This document shows, piece after piece, positions 1-12,240 of a DNA stretch of 64,000 nt. Below the pieces are notes generated by a model, which saw only the letters and a list, made by a program, of their open reading frames with translations, searched no databases and was not told the DNA's origin. The DNA comes from Psammoneis japonica. Lineage: Eukaryota. The number at the start of each line of letters is the position of its first letter. Position 1 is the stretch's first letter. A program made the position numbers and the translations under genes. The DNA lies in NCBI GenBank assembly GCA_008632985.1, contig QPGO01000083.1:1-64000 (forward strand), written 5' to 3'.

Positions 1-329
1 AGTCTGCTCTCAAAATAATAGGCACCGCATTGTGGCCGCGACACCGTGGCTGTTGCCCGCCTGGGCATGCCGTGCACGAGGCACGAGGCACATTGGCGCC
101 AGCTGCTGCGCGTTGCGACCAACCCTGAACAGCGCCACAGGGCCCAAACTTCAAAACTGCTAATCTCAATCTCAAAATCGGGTGGAGTGACCTGTGCAAA
201 AATGGGACATAAGCACTTAGATCGTAGAGATAGAGATTTTCTGTGTTGTGTAAAATTACAAGACTGCAGAATTTTACGCAGCCAGAGCACGTGTGTGCAC
301 GACAGCGGGACATTCGGGGGAGCTTGAGT

Positions 330-1990
330 CTTTGCTCGAAACCAGTCACACTCGGCACTGCACGCATCCTGCACAGACCCTTCACACAAGGTGAGTCACT
401 TGTGTCAGGGCCAGTTGCACTGGTCTCAGTCATGTGGAACTCCCGCAGCCCATCGTGGCACTCATGCCGGCAAGAGTCGCATTTTCCACTGCACGCACTT
501 CTGCGGGGTCAGCGTCACTGCTGACAGCCTGCAGATGCAGGAAAGCAGCATCATCTTTGGCTGCAGCAGGGATGCCTGCTGCAGGAGTGCCATGTGCCGT
601 GAGTGATCTGTGATCTTACAGTCAGTGCACACGAGAGAAGCAACAGCTTTGCTTTGCAGCACTGGCGCGAAAAAGAGTTTGTTGTGTTCTTTTGCGTGTG
701 TTGCACGGTGGACCATGCCGGGGGAGCGCTGACTTTGCCAGCAACAAAGGCAAAGAGCAAGCAAAGCATCTGTCTTGAGGGTGCATGCATTCTGTTTGGC
801 AATGGCTCTGATGTGGAAGCTTTTTGCAGGTGGGTGAAAGCTCCTCAAGGCAAGAACTTTTGCAAAGAAGTGGGCAAAGACCCCCCCCATCATCTGGAAG
901 AAAAGAAGAGCTGCAGCAAGTTTGGCACAATGAAGAAGATGACTGTGCCAGCTGCAGTTGTCAGAACATTGGTGCCAGAGGCAGTCTTTGCAGGACAGAG
1001 AGGCAATGTTGTTGATGCACACCCCATTTTTCCATGGGACGATTGTGCGTGGGATGCCGATGCAGTGTGAGACACACTGACAATTGCAAGCAATGTGGTG
1101 AACTCAGGTTTGTGGCTCGGGTTGCGGGAAGCTTGGGTGCAGCTGGCTGACTGTGAGTGCCAGAAGATTGGCCTTTTTTGCTGTGTGGAATTGTTCACTT
1201 TGACAAACACAAAAATGCTTTCAAGTGGAGCACTTTCTTGGTTGCAACAGAGCACACTGCAGCACACAAACACAGAGCACATCAAAAATCACCTCTGCTG
1301 GTCTCTCCAAGTGACAAGCTCTCACGCACGAGCCACCCTTGGTTTGCCTCAGCAACGCATCTGTGCAAATTTGCAGAGCTGAATTTCTCTCTGAGTCGCC
1401 CCCTTCACGCCATTGAGGCACAGTTGCAGAAATCATTTTTATTTGGTTGCAACAAGAGCCGGTTTGAGCACACACAAAAAATTCAGCAGGAGAGCCAGCC
1501 CTCTGTCATGAGCTGAAGAATCCATCTGCCAGCAGCATCTTGTCGTGCTGGGCCTTTTGGCAGGTCCCCGAGTGTGTGCCAAGGTGAGGAGGAGAGCAGT
1601 CTCACACAAAAATTGGTGCAAGTGCTGATGGCTTGTGGCAGTGCCACCAGAGCTGTGGTTTGCTCACAGCACTGCTGGTTGTGGCTGCTGCAGAGCTGAC
1701 AGCACCGGGGGGGCTTCTGATGAGCAGGCTGCTGTGTGCCTGGAGAAAAGAGTGGCACCCTCAGGGGGCATCCGGCATTGAATGGACAGCATTGAAACTG
1801 TCCAGGAAATGACTGGCTGTTGTGTTGTTGTTCTTCAGAAGAATGAGAGGTGAAACAGCACTCCGATGACCGTGTCGTCATGTTGCTCCCAATGAGCAGC
1901 GCAAGGTCCAGCACACCACAACTTTCAACAGAACAGAATGCGGAATCTCTTTTGAGGACTTTCGAGGTCAGCAGACTGCGGAGCACTGCC
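330..1990. mobile_element. Unclassified TpA-depleted (hypermutated) repeat-like domain
   Basis: Near absence of TA, excess TG/CA and many overlapping Cys/His-rich spurious ORFs. No recognisable protein motif; the TE origin is inferred only from composition shared with identified TEs. Confidence 0.35.
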
Positions 1991-2001
1991 CGCCGCGCTT
2001 G

Positions 2002-2065
2002 AGTAGCACACCGGCAGCTAGCTAGCTAGCTAGCTACTGTAGAGAGTACGGTAGGCCAGTAGCTG
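2002..2065. repeat. (AGCT)n/TAG-rich tract at the left border of the PLD gene island
   Basis: cagctagctagctagctagctactgtagagagtacggtaggccagtagc, directly after a TA-free domain. Confidence 0.8.
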
Positions 2066-2130
2066 CTGCCCGGTCCCCCGGTCCATCCAACGAGGGAGTG
2101 CTTGTTCCAAAGAGACAATAAGCACTCATC

Positions 2131-3649
2131 ATGAACTGCTGCAATAGCATTGAACAGAATATAGATTATGACTACCCAAGGCTAGAATCTCAGGCGCTGC
2201 AAAAACAAGATACCGCAGACACCGTTCTTGGAAAATTAGCGTCCGAAATGAGTGCCAACAAGCCCCTGAATCAATCCGGCTTTCGATTTCTCGTGGATGG
2301 AACAGACGCTCTTGCGACGAGACTATTGATGGCACAGAAGGCAGAAAAGAGCATCGATACACAGTATTATCTCATGAAGGATGATGTAGTTGGAGGTGCT
2401 TTTTTGTACCNNNNNNNNNNNNNNNNNNNNNNNNNNNNNNNNNNNNNNNNNNNNNNNNNNNNNNNNNNNNNNNNNNNNNNNNNNNNNNNNNNNNNNNNNN
2501 NNNNNNNNNNNNNNNNNNNNNNNNNNNNNNNNNNNNNNCCATTTCAACGCAGCATTCTTACCGAGCGATCCATTGCGGGGACCGCACGTGACTTTGATCG
2601 CATTAATCGAAGAATGCACAACAAAACCTTTACCGTGGACAATCAAATGACTGTGTTGGGAGGACGAAACATAGCAGACGAATACTTTGGTGTTAATGAG
2701 ACGGCCAAGTTTCACGATGATGATGTCGTGGCGGTCGGGCCCGTGGTTCAGGATGTGTCTGCCTCGTTTGATCGATATTGGAATCATGAGACAGCCTTGC
2801 CGGCACTTGCCTTTTGCAAAACGCTCAAAGATCCCAATGCCACGTACGAGACAATTCGAAGCAAACTTGAACATGGTATTGAAAAGTTTAAGGACTCAAA
2901 GTATGCCGAAGTGCTTCGTTCCAAAAAAAAGGACGATATCCTTTCTCAAGACTTTCGCTGGGCGCCATACCAACTTGTGGTGGATTCTCCAAACAAGGGC
3001 GTTCCGAGCCGTGCCCAGCGGCTGTCTGTTAAAATTACAGAGCCCTTGATTGTGTCATTGGAAAAGGCACGGAAGAGGCTCATTGTCGTTTCCGCGTACT
3101 TTGTGCCGACTGAAAAAGAAATACAAGAGTATTGTGAGTCCCAAGAGAGTGGAGTTGAAATTATTATAATTACAAATTCACTTGCGGCCAACAACATGTT
3201 TATGGTTCATGGGGGCTACGCACCCGTGCGAAAGCCACTGCTCAAGGCTGGTGTCAAGATTTATGAAGTCCGGGCAGATTCACAAGTTCCAGGATCAGAG
3301 CATGTCAATGCCAAGAAGAACGCAGTAACGACGCTTCACACCAAGGAATTCTTCGTGGACAGCACGGAACTCTTTATTGGATCGTTTAATTTTGATCCAC
3401 GTTCGGAGGAACTCAACACGGAATGCGGAGTGATTATTCGTGACTCCTACCTTACAGACAAGCTTTCCCAAGAGTTGCTGAAGCGTTACCGGCTCACACC
3501 TTTGAACTTTTCTGAACGACAAGGGTAGACTGCGATGGAGAGCAATGGAAAATGGTACTGAGACTGTCTATCGACGGGAGCCTCAAACATCCGTTCTTCA
3601 ACGTGTGCTTGGAAAGGCAGCCCGAATCGTGCCTGCTAGTCAGCTGTAA
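2131..3649 (+). CDS. Phospholipase D superfamily protein, bacterial cardiolipin synthase ClsC/YmdC-like
   Basis: Two HKD motifs (MHNKTFTVD...GGRNIADEYF; LHTKEFFVD...IGSFNFDPRS.ELNTECG). The ORF track ends at 3528, but the family-like C-terminus (LFLNDKGRLRW...REPQTSVLQRVLGKAARIVPASQL*) continues to TAA at 3647-3649 after two apparent 1-nt deletions in short runs (~3471, ~3510). Assembly gap at 2411-2538. Confidence 0.9.
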
Positions 3650-4038
3650 GATTGAGAAATTGCAACCAAGAGGAGAGAACAATGGCGCCGCCTGAAAGCA
3701 GTCATTGAAGTACCCTCGGCACTTCGGCTTCTATTGGAGGAGAGTGATCAAAGCAATTTTTTGATAATCTTATTATTCTTTTGTCCATATATTCAAATCC
3801 TTCACCGAAAACTCCGACAGCGCCTTCTCCTCCATACGAAAACACATCATGCCAAATCCTCTGCCAACACAACACCAGAATCATTACAAAGAGTCACACG
3901 CAAATCCCCAATCAAAACTGACACAAATGCCGACTTCTATTCCGCCTACCAGCGTCGATTCGCACTGAAGGAGAACCAAAGCCACTGTCCATGATCCCAA
4001 GAGTTGCCCAGCATCATTCCACGTTACAACCACGCACT

Positions 4039-4150
4039 CTAGCTAGAGAGCTAGAGTAGACCTCTACTAGAGAGAGAGTAGCTAGCTACAGCACTAGCTA
4101 GAGTAGCTACTTCTACTACATAGAGAGTAGAGTTGGTTATAGCATATATT
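4039..4150. repeat. CTAG/TAG-rich low-complexity tract toward the right border of the PLD gene island
   Basis: ctagctagagagctagagtagacctctactagagagagagtagctagctacagcactagctagagtagctacttctactacatagagagtagag. Confidence 0.8.
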
Positions 4151-6915
4151 TGGACAAAATATGCTATCAATATATGATATCCCAGTCCAAAACGCCACCA
4201 CTATTTTTCCAATCATCCCTAAATAAATGTTTTGCCGTTGACAGAACTTCGTTAAACATCGCGGGCATACGTAGGGGAGTATGAAATACATAAAGGAAAA
4301 GTCGCGTCGATTTGCAGTGGCATTTCAAGGCTTCTGAATACCGGTACATATGAAACGAGTTTGTCGCAGTCGGGGGCCACGAATAATCAATCGCCGGCAC
4401 GCTTTTTTCGGGGACATTTTATGACTAAGCGCGGGTTGGGGACATGCTCTATCTCGTAGAATCAGTGCGCTTGTCCCAGCCGTAGCCTCAAAACGCACCG
4501 CAGACAGAAAACAACATGCCATTTTGGCAAATGACACGAGAGACGACGATTTCAATTCCAACAAAGCCATTGCAATGCTCGTAACACCTTGCTTTACATG
4601 CACAATGTGCTCGCTTGTGCCAAATTTGAATCTTGAGATCCATGAATTGGCCACAAACGTGGGATGCGAAAATGGCCCATCACTTTCATCACAACCCTTT
4701 GACAAGCTTTCAACCACCGCATCATCTCGCATTTAATGCCTGTTGACATTTCATGTGATTGTCATTGTTGATTGTTTTGTGTTTTGTGGTGACACAAATC
4801 GACACAAAGATTGGTGATCTCGGTCTTTCATCGCGACAGCAGTTCTGGTGCTGCGATTGCAAAAAAAGCTCCTTGAAAGCTCCACACACAATGCAGCAAG
4901 CTTCTCTTGTGCAGAGAACAGAGAAGACATCCTGCAGCTCATCCACCCTGCATTCGCCATCGTTGCAGACCCGAATTTTTCAGGTGCCGTTTTTGAGTTT
5001 TTTCGCTTGAACCCTCCTTTTTCTCAACTGTCGCTTCAACTTCAAGACTCGGGCCACCATGACAAGGTCGTCCTTGTTGTGTTTCATGATTTTTTGAGGG
5101 TGGATTGTTGAGAGAGTCCCAGAGTTTGTAAAATGGCAGTCGCATCATCATCAAAGTCCCAAAATTTGCGCATTTTTGGGATGCGAGTGTTTGCATGCCA
5201 ACAAGGTGAAGAAGAAAATGTGTGGTCGGTGGCAAACAAAGAGCACAATTGTTGCAAGATGTTTTGAAGCATGGAGAACAACATTCTAATGTCACTTGAG
5301 GGCTGCAAAGGTTTTAGCAATTTAGTGAGGGGGGTCAAAAAACCACCTCAATTGAGGTTTTTACCTCAGTTGAGGTGCTTGGCAGACCAGACACTGGGCA
5401 GGACAGCAGAAAATCAACATTTACATTTGTTCAGAAACTTTTGGATTCAGCAAATGACTTGATTTTCACCGATGCACTTCTGGGTTTTTCCCAGTCTTTG
5501 CCGGGTTCATTCTGTTTTGGGCACCGATTTTGGGTGTTTTGCCATGGTGAAGCACAACGACAATGACGGTTGAAATGCACAGCAATGCAAGTGGGGCGGT
5601 CAAGCACCGACCATGGGAATCTCATCAACTTGGTGTTGTGTCACACGTTTCTGGTGTTGGCACTTGACAGCCCCATTTGCATTGTGATGAAATTGCCGAT
5701 GGCATGTTGTCGTGGCCGATTTTTTTTCTTCTGCTTCTGCATGGAATTCTGCAGCCTTTTTGCACTGAACCATCAACCAACATCCTTTTTTTCTCGTCTC
5801 TGTTGACGCAAGTGAGTTGTGAGTGCTTCCTTGTTGGTGATGAGGAAGCCATGATGGGATGGAATCATGCCCCTGAACAAATGTGTGCAAGAGTCACAAG
5901 GATTGTGACAAGATCACAGTGAATGGTGGCAGCACTCAGCTTGGCATTGTGGGGCATCAAGGTCTTCCAAAACAACTTTGCAGCTGGAGAGTTGCAGACA
6001 TTTCTAGTTAAAATGGGAGCAGCTGTTTACAGTCACAGCCAGAACAGTGTCTGGTGTTTTGTGCTTCTAAAAGCGATGGTCAAAGTGTGCCGCGTGAGCA
6101 TCAGAGACCAGAAGCTCATCAAAAGCCATGTCTCATCCTTTCGTGGGAGAGTCTGGTTGAAGTTTGTGCTTTGTGTCCTCATTCTGCAAGTTTTGCTGCA
6201 CACACACTTGAAAAACTCATCAAGTTCAGTGTGAATCACAGCATGAGTTGCAACATTCTCTTCCCAACCAAGCAGTGGCGGTTGCACTGGAGATCGCGTT
6301 GCGCCATTGCGCTCAACATTTCTTGGCAACCTTCCAACTCCTCCAAGTCTTGATCTTCTGTCTTTGCCTGAATCCAGAATGTTGCTGCACATGTTGTCAG
6401 CTTCATCACACATGTCCATGTTGGGGCTGTCCACAATGCCCAAGTGTGCAACAGTGCAGTGTTGAAGAGGGGCAGGGCGTTTGTTGCAACAACAAACACA
6501 ACAGCAACAACGTCGTGAAACTTTTTTCTTTTTTTTTGCTCTCTTTGCTCTCGTGTTGGAGGGAGAAAATTCCAACGGATGCTTGTCCGTGAATTTCTGC
6601 GTGACTCCTGCAGTGTTGTTTTACACAGCACATGCAACTGAGGAGCATGCAAATTGTGTTCATGCACAACAAACATGTGATGTCCGTGAAATCCGAGCAG
6701 TTGGAGCATGCAGTGTCTTGCCTGCACAGTTGAACATCTGAGCCTGTGGCCAGCAGCTCTGGCAGAGAGCTGCTGCAGAGCTCAGAGCTGCAGCAGCTGG
6801 CAGCAGCAGCAGCAGTGGTGTGCACCAGGCACTGGCCCGTCACAGCCAAAATTCCACCCAAGCAGCATTTTTCCACTGGAAAAGTGGAATTCTCATGTGG
6901 GGTCAGCACTTTCTA

Positions 6916-6976
6916 AAAAATTCTGCTGTACATCCACTGTTTGTTCCACTCAGGTGGAAGGCACAGCAGAATTTTT
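6916..6976. repeat. Inverted repeat / hairpin
   Basis: aaaaattctgctgt (6916-6929) and acagcagaattttt (6963-6976) are exact reverse complements; pairing extends imperfectly inward. Confidence 0.75.
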
Positions 6977-7499
6977 GGAGCCAAAAAATCTGCCCTGCGT
7001 GCCCCTTTTGTGTGATCTAAATCATCTGTCCTTGGTGAGGTCGGGTGCAACTGCGTGGACAAAAAAATGCTGAAAGTTCCACCGTCTCAATGCGGCATCT
7101 CAACCATGAGCTTTGCCACATGCAAACCCAGCAAATGTGCCAATGCCAGCTGCACATCTGGCGGCATGGCAAGCAGCACTCACAGGTGTCTTGAGTGCAG
7201 CAGAAACATTCATGCTCCTTGTGGGGAAAGCAGACGGATGACTTGCACCACTTTCCACTTTGACAAGCTCCAAAGCACCTGTTTGAGATCACTGTTGTGA
7301 GTTTTGTGTTTAAATTGCACTGAACAATTGCATTGGCTTAAAGAACAATCAGCACCTCATCGCACTTCCTCCAGCTTGACAAGAAAACAAGCTGCTCCAC
7401 AGCGCCAAAGACACGACCAAGGGTTGCCACCGTGGATCTTTCCAGACTTTTCCACATCCTGGGCTTGAGACGCATTTTGCAGCAACTGTTTGGTCCACA

Positions 7500-8270
7500 A
7501 TCATTGTGGTGCTTTTGCTGCAATGGGTGCCAAGTGGACCTGTGGGGGATGGCAAGACAGTGGAAGCAGCAAGGGAATGACTGTGCCACACTTGGGGAGC
7601 ATCAAATGCACAAAAGATGCAATGTGCAAAACAAACAAACATGCCCATCACATTTTCAACACTTTCATCAGCAAATTCTGTTGTTCACACCTTTGCAGCC
7701 CAAGTGCCAAGCTTGATTGTGAATGCTGCTGTGTCAGACTCGGCAGTCCTGTCAGCGCCTTCTCTGGGAGCAAAAGTCTTGAAACACCCAAGAGGTGAGG
7801 AGCAGCAATAAATCCACTGCAAGCATCATTTTTTTTCACAATCACATTCATCCACAACCGTGTTCATGCCATCGCTGCAATGGGTGCTGGGCAGACCTGT
7901 GAGTGATCACAAAACAAGAGCAAGAGTGAGAGAAAAACTGCGCAACAGAAAAAAACATCAAACGCCCAAAAGACAGGCTTTGCAATGAATGCAAACACAA
8001 CCATGAGTTTTTTAAAGCTCACTTTAGCAAGTGTTGGCATTCTCACCTTTGTCCTCAAATCACCGAGTGCCGTAGAAACATCAATGCTGCTGCCACCACC
8101 GCGCTGGCACCGTGTGTTTTTTCTCTTGCAGCGAAAGTCATCAAACACCCAAAAGCCCAAAAGGCAAGGGCAAGCAAAAAATCCAACAAAAGCATCGTTT
8201 TTTTTCACAATCGAGTTGGTCAATGTTGGCGTTCACACCTTTGCTGCAATGGGTGCTGAGTGGAACTGTG
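7500..8270. repeat. Degenerate tandem repeat, ~365-bp period
   Basis: gctgcaatgggtgc recurs at ~7517, ~7874 and ~8243. aagcatc.tttttttcacaatc precedes the second and third copies. Confidence 0.7.
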
Positions 8271-9934
8271 GGCATTCAAAGGCCATGGTCCAGGTGATGG
8301 CACAGTGTTTTTTTTAGCATCGCTCACTTCGTCTTGGAGTTTTTTTCGGCTTCAACTCCTCGTGTGGGTTTGCGCAGGTTGGTCACTGGCATGCAGCTCC
8401 TTTGCTGATTGCTGCAGGTTTGTCTTCTTCCCCGCAGGATGAGCACCACTCTCCACAGGGCAGAACTGAGGGCAGATTTTTTTTGGATGCATTGGCCCGG
8501 TGTTGTGCCAACTTCATCTGCATGCTCGTGCAAAAATGCAACCTGGCAACTGTCCATCATGTGCTGATTTGCAATGGGCACTCTCACCTGCACAGCACAA
8601 AAAAAAACACACCGCACCATGGTGTGCTAACTTTGGAGGCCTGCCACTGTCTAACCAGAATGATTTGACAACAAGCGATGCATTGCACAGTTGCCATTGA
8701 TGCCACAAAGCATGCGATCACAGGTTGAAATTTTGATTTGCGCCTGTCGCTCACTGTGAATTGTTCCACCAATGCATTGGATGATTTTCACATTGAATTG
8801 TCTGTCAGCCACACGATGGAACTTCAATTGAAGCTGCTGAAGCTCAATTTGAATGACACCAAGTCAACAGCAAAGGTTTGCCCTGACATGTCAAAGTTGG
8901 GGGCTTCTGTGGTGCTCTCGAGATCAGTCATTGGATGCTTCAGCAACTTCAGAATCGTGGACAGAATGATCACTGATTGCATTCCACTCAGGAAGCAGTG
9001 CCAACATTTCGAGCAGCAAAATTCTAGAATGCACAGCATTGGGAGAGGGAAGAACAAAAGAAAAAATGTGAAGAGTTTGATGGAGCAAAGAAACAGCTCT
9101 GAGTGAAAATGACAGTGTTGAGCAGCCAAAGATGCCATGCACCAATCAAATCCAGAGTGGACCCCTTCTGCACATTCTGTCATGCCTCCACACCCACCAA
9201 TTCCAGTTGCCCATCAACAGCGGAGCTCAACAAGATGCCATGGAAGCAGAAGGGAGCATCCCAGCTCTTGGTGACACCAGCTCAACCCCAGCAGCTGCAC
9301 CCACCGCTGGCAAGGAAAAGGACAGCACCAAGACACAAATTGCAAAGTTTGTTCGGGATCTCCTCGAGGCTTTTTTTGCAGATGACAGCACATGTGACAC
9401 AATCCAATTCAAATCAAGAAGTGCAACCCACGTCCCTCTTGACTGCTTCACATTGTGAATGAGAATGTGGGCCTTTTTCCAGCAAGAGGAAAAGCAATGA
9501 GAGCTTGTTGGTGGTGGGGGTGTCGAGCCGCAAAAGAAGAAGCACAAAAGCGGAGCCAGTGCACAGTTGGTTTGTCAACAAGTGGACAAACAACTGATGG
9601 AATGATGCATTCTTTTGTTCAAGCGAGTTGAAAAGTACATTGATGCAGCCCGGCATCCCAACCCATCAAATCAACAACCTGGCATCCATGTGGTGCATCT
9701 TGTGTTAAGTGAGTTGTGCCAAACAATCACCAACGGGGTGCAACCCACTTACAACCAGTCTCAAAAGCCATTTCTTCACCCTCTGGCATCATCAACAGAA
9801 GGAGCAAGAAAGTGCATGATGGCATGCTTGAATGCATTTCAGTCTTCTGATCGAGAAGAGAGAGAAAAGCACGTTCTCGCTGTTCTGTGTTCTTGCTGTT
9901 CCATTTGCAGGTGACAAGTTGAAGGACCCAGATG

Positions 9935-11580
9935 ACTCACACGCACGCACGAAACCGAAGCTAAAAAACTCGCACCATGGCACCGAAATGCTGTGGTGGC
10001 TCTGGCGGGAGGAAGAACTCCTCACCACGCAAAGGAGCCAACAAGAAAAGAGGCAAAGGCCAAAATGGCAGAGCAAATGAACCGATTGATCTAACCAACA
10101 ACGAAAACGAGAACGAAGAATTCACAACTGTAACGCACAAGAACTCCCGCACAAATTCTGCGCAAAAAACACAAATCAAGAACCCATTCGTCACTCCTCA
10201 GCAACATGAACATCACACCAGAAGCAAAGGGGTGACCTTCAAGGAAGATGACTCAGAAGATGACGAAAACATCAATGACAAAGATCACATGGAAAGTGAG
10301 GAAAGCAAAGAAAAGAGCAACCATGGGAAGATGGACCCACGAAAGATGCAACTGCCAAACCTCCAGGAACAGATGAAATTGACGACTCTGGAAATGGTAA
10401 AATCTCCAATCCCAATCCATCACTGACCAGCAAAAACCATCTCGACACTTCTGTTTTGGTGGACAACAAAGAAGAACAACAAGAAGAACAGGAGTCCTCC
10501 AGAGTTTCAAACAACCCTGCGGGGAAATTCCAACCAGCCAACATCACCAAGAACAAACAGACTCAGAAGAAGAAACCAAAGAAGAACAATCGGAAACTGA
10601 AGATGAAGATGAAGAGGAACAAGTTGAAGTTCCATGCGCTCCAATCAAGCACAACGTTTTTGTCACAAAGCCACTGAAAATGGCAGCGAAACTCACCCAA
10701 CAAGGCTTTGAAGTCATCCAACAAGTTCTGGGAAGCAATGCATTCATCGGCACGTGGGACCCCAAACTTGAAGAAACATTCAGAGTTTGGCTTGCTCCAG
10801 ATGACACACCAGAAGGAAAAGCTCAGGAAAGAGAGACACACTGAGCGTCTTTCTTGGAGTCAACTGCTTGAAACCTCGACCAAACCAAAAACACACAATG
10901 TGCTGCCAAGATCGGTTTCTCACCACCGGCAAAGGACTGGACCACATGACAGGTTGTGACTGTGGAGCAAAGTCATTGGGAGCATTTGAAGATGTCGAAG
11001 GGGGCAAGTTCGCCATTGGATGACATCCAATGCCTTGTCAATCTACAAGATCTGAATGCATCGGATGCTGTGCATGAGCACGAAGACCATGAACAAAAGG
11101 ACAATCTCCCACAAATTCTCCCAAGCCCTTGGCATGGAAAACAAAAGAGACTGTCTTGGCTTTCAATGGAGAGCAATCACTGAGCCAAGTGGGAAACGCC
11201 CGACTTTTGACATAGACAAACCTGACAAGAATCCAGAGAAGCGCTGCACATGATCGTGGAAGCACACCACACTCAAGTGAAACTCGCAGCAGAACGTCTG
11301 TGGAGAGTTGAAGCAACGAAGCTGGTTCTTGGATTGCATGTGAGACACATCCCTTGCCACTCATCTCCTGCAATGCAAAGTGCACCTGATGACATCCAAC
11401 ACGATGCAAACAAACTTGCACAACGTCAACACTTCTTTTGCAAACAGGTCATCTCCAAATGGAGTGTGGTCTCATTGCAAAATTAGACAACTGCCTGAGG
11501 CAGGAAACCAGTGCAAACACCTGTTGCACTGTGGCAGTGCATCATGCAGAAGCGTGTCCCAGATCCAGAAGACCCTGTGA
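9935..11580 (+). mobile_element. 3'-truncated ORF1 of a LINE related to the element at 12241-20390
   Basis: Shared 5' leader (aagctaaaaaa.tc.caccATGGC). N-terminus MAPKCCGGSGGRKNSSPRKG vs MAPAKCRNAGGKKNTSPRKG; AAERLWRV...QHFFCKQV vs AAERLWRV...QHFFCQKV; KRVPDPEDP vs KRIPDPTDP. Confidence 0.8.
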
Positions 11581-12240
11581 CACTCATTCCTTTTGACAGG
11601 ATTTGAACAAGATTTTAGTTTGTTGCACACAATTGTGTGTTTGCTCTTGGCTCCGCGCGCATGTGGTTTGCTTTCAAGCCACATGGCTCACAAGAATGAC
11701 AACAGCAGCACCAACATCATGACACCAGTTCTTCGGCTCCTGCAATGGTCTCTGCATGGAGACTCATCTGTTGTTTAGACAGCAGCAAGGAGCCATTGTT
11801 TTCTTCCACCCCAGTGATCTTCATTTTCTGTCAGATTGACAGTCTTGCTCATTTTCAGCCATTGAGCGTTCATCATCATCACCCGAAAAATTCGACAACG
11901 CACATTGTTGGCGGTGGAAGCATGCACCTGCCTTCTCCACTGCTGGATGTTGGATTAGATCTGTGCATTTGGATCTGTCCAACACCTCCCAGTGCTGCAC
12001 ACATTTGTTCAACGGACATTTGTTTGGTCAGGAATTCCCACATTCTCAGACATTTGGGATTCCGGATTCCTTGCAGTGGATTCCACCTTTTGCACAGCTT
12101 TTGCGCGAAAAGATCTTTTGCATGTCCGACCATCATGTTCAACTCAATTCAATCTTAAAATTTGCACCACTTCTTGCAGCGGCTGCCTGAGGCTTGGTCA
12201 CGCCTGATTTTTCCTTTCAATCCACAACCATGGAATGGAG

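Larger units (their letters stand above)
4500..9930. mobile_element. Unclassified TpA-depleted nest of degenerate element fragments
   Basis: TA-depleted, Cys/His-rich fragmentary ORFs. Contains an inverted repeat (6916-6976) and a ~365-bp-period repeat (7500-8270). No family assigned. Confidence 0.4.

Noticed and set aside
7500..8270. CRISPR-like array
   Set aside because: The period is ~365 bp, the repeats are degenerate and extend into the 'spacers', the context is eukaryotic, and no cas genes are present.
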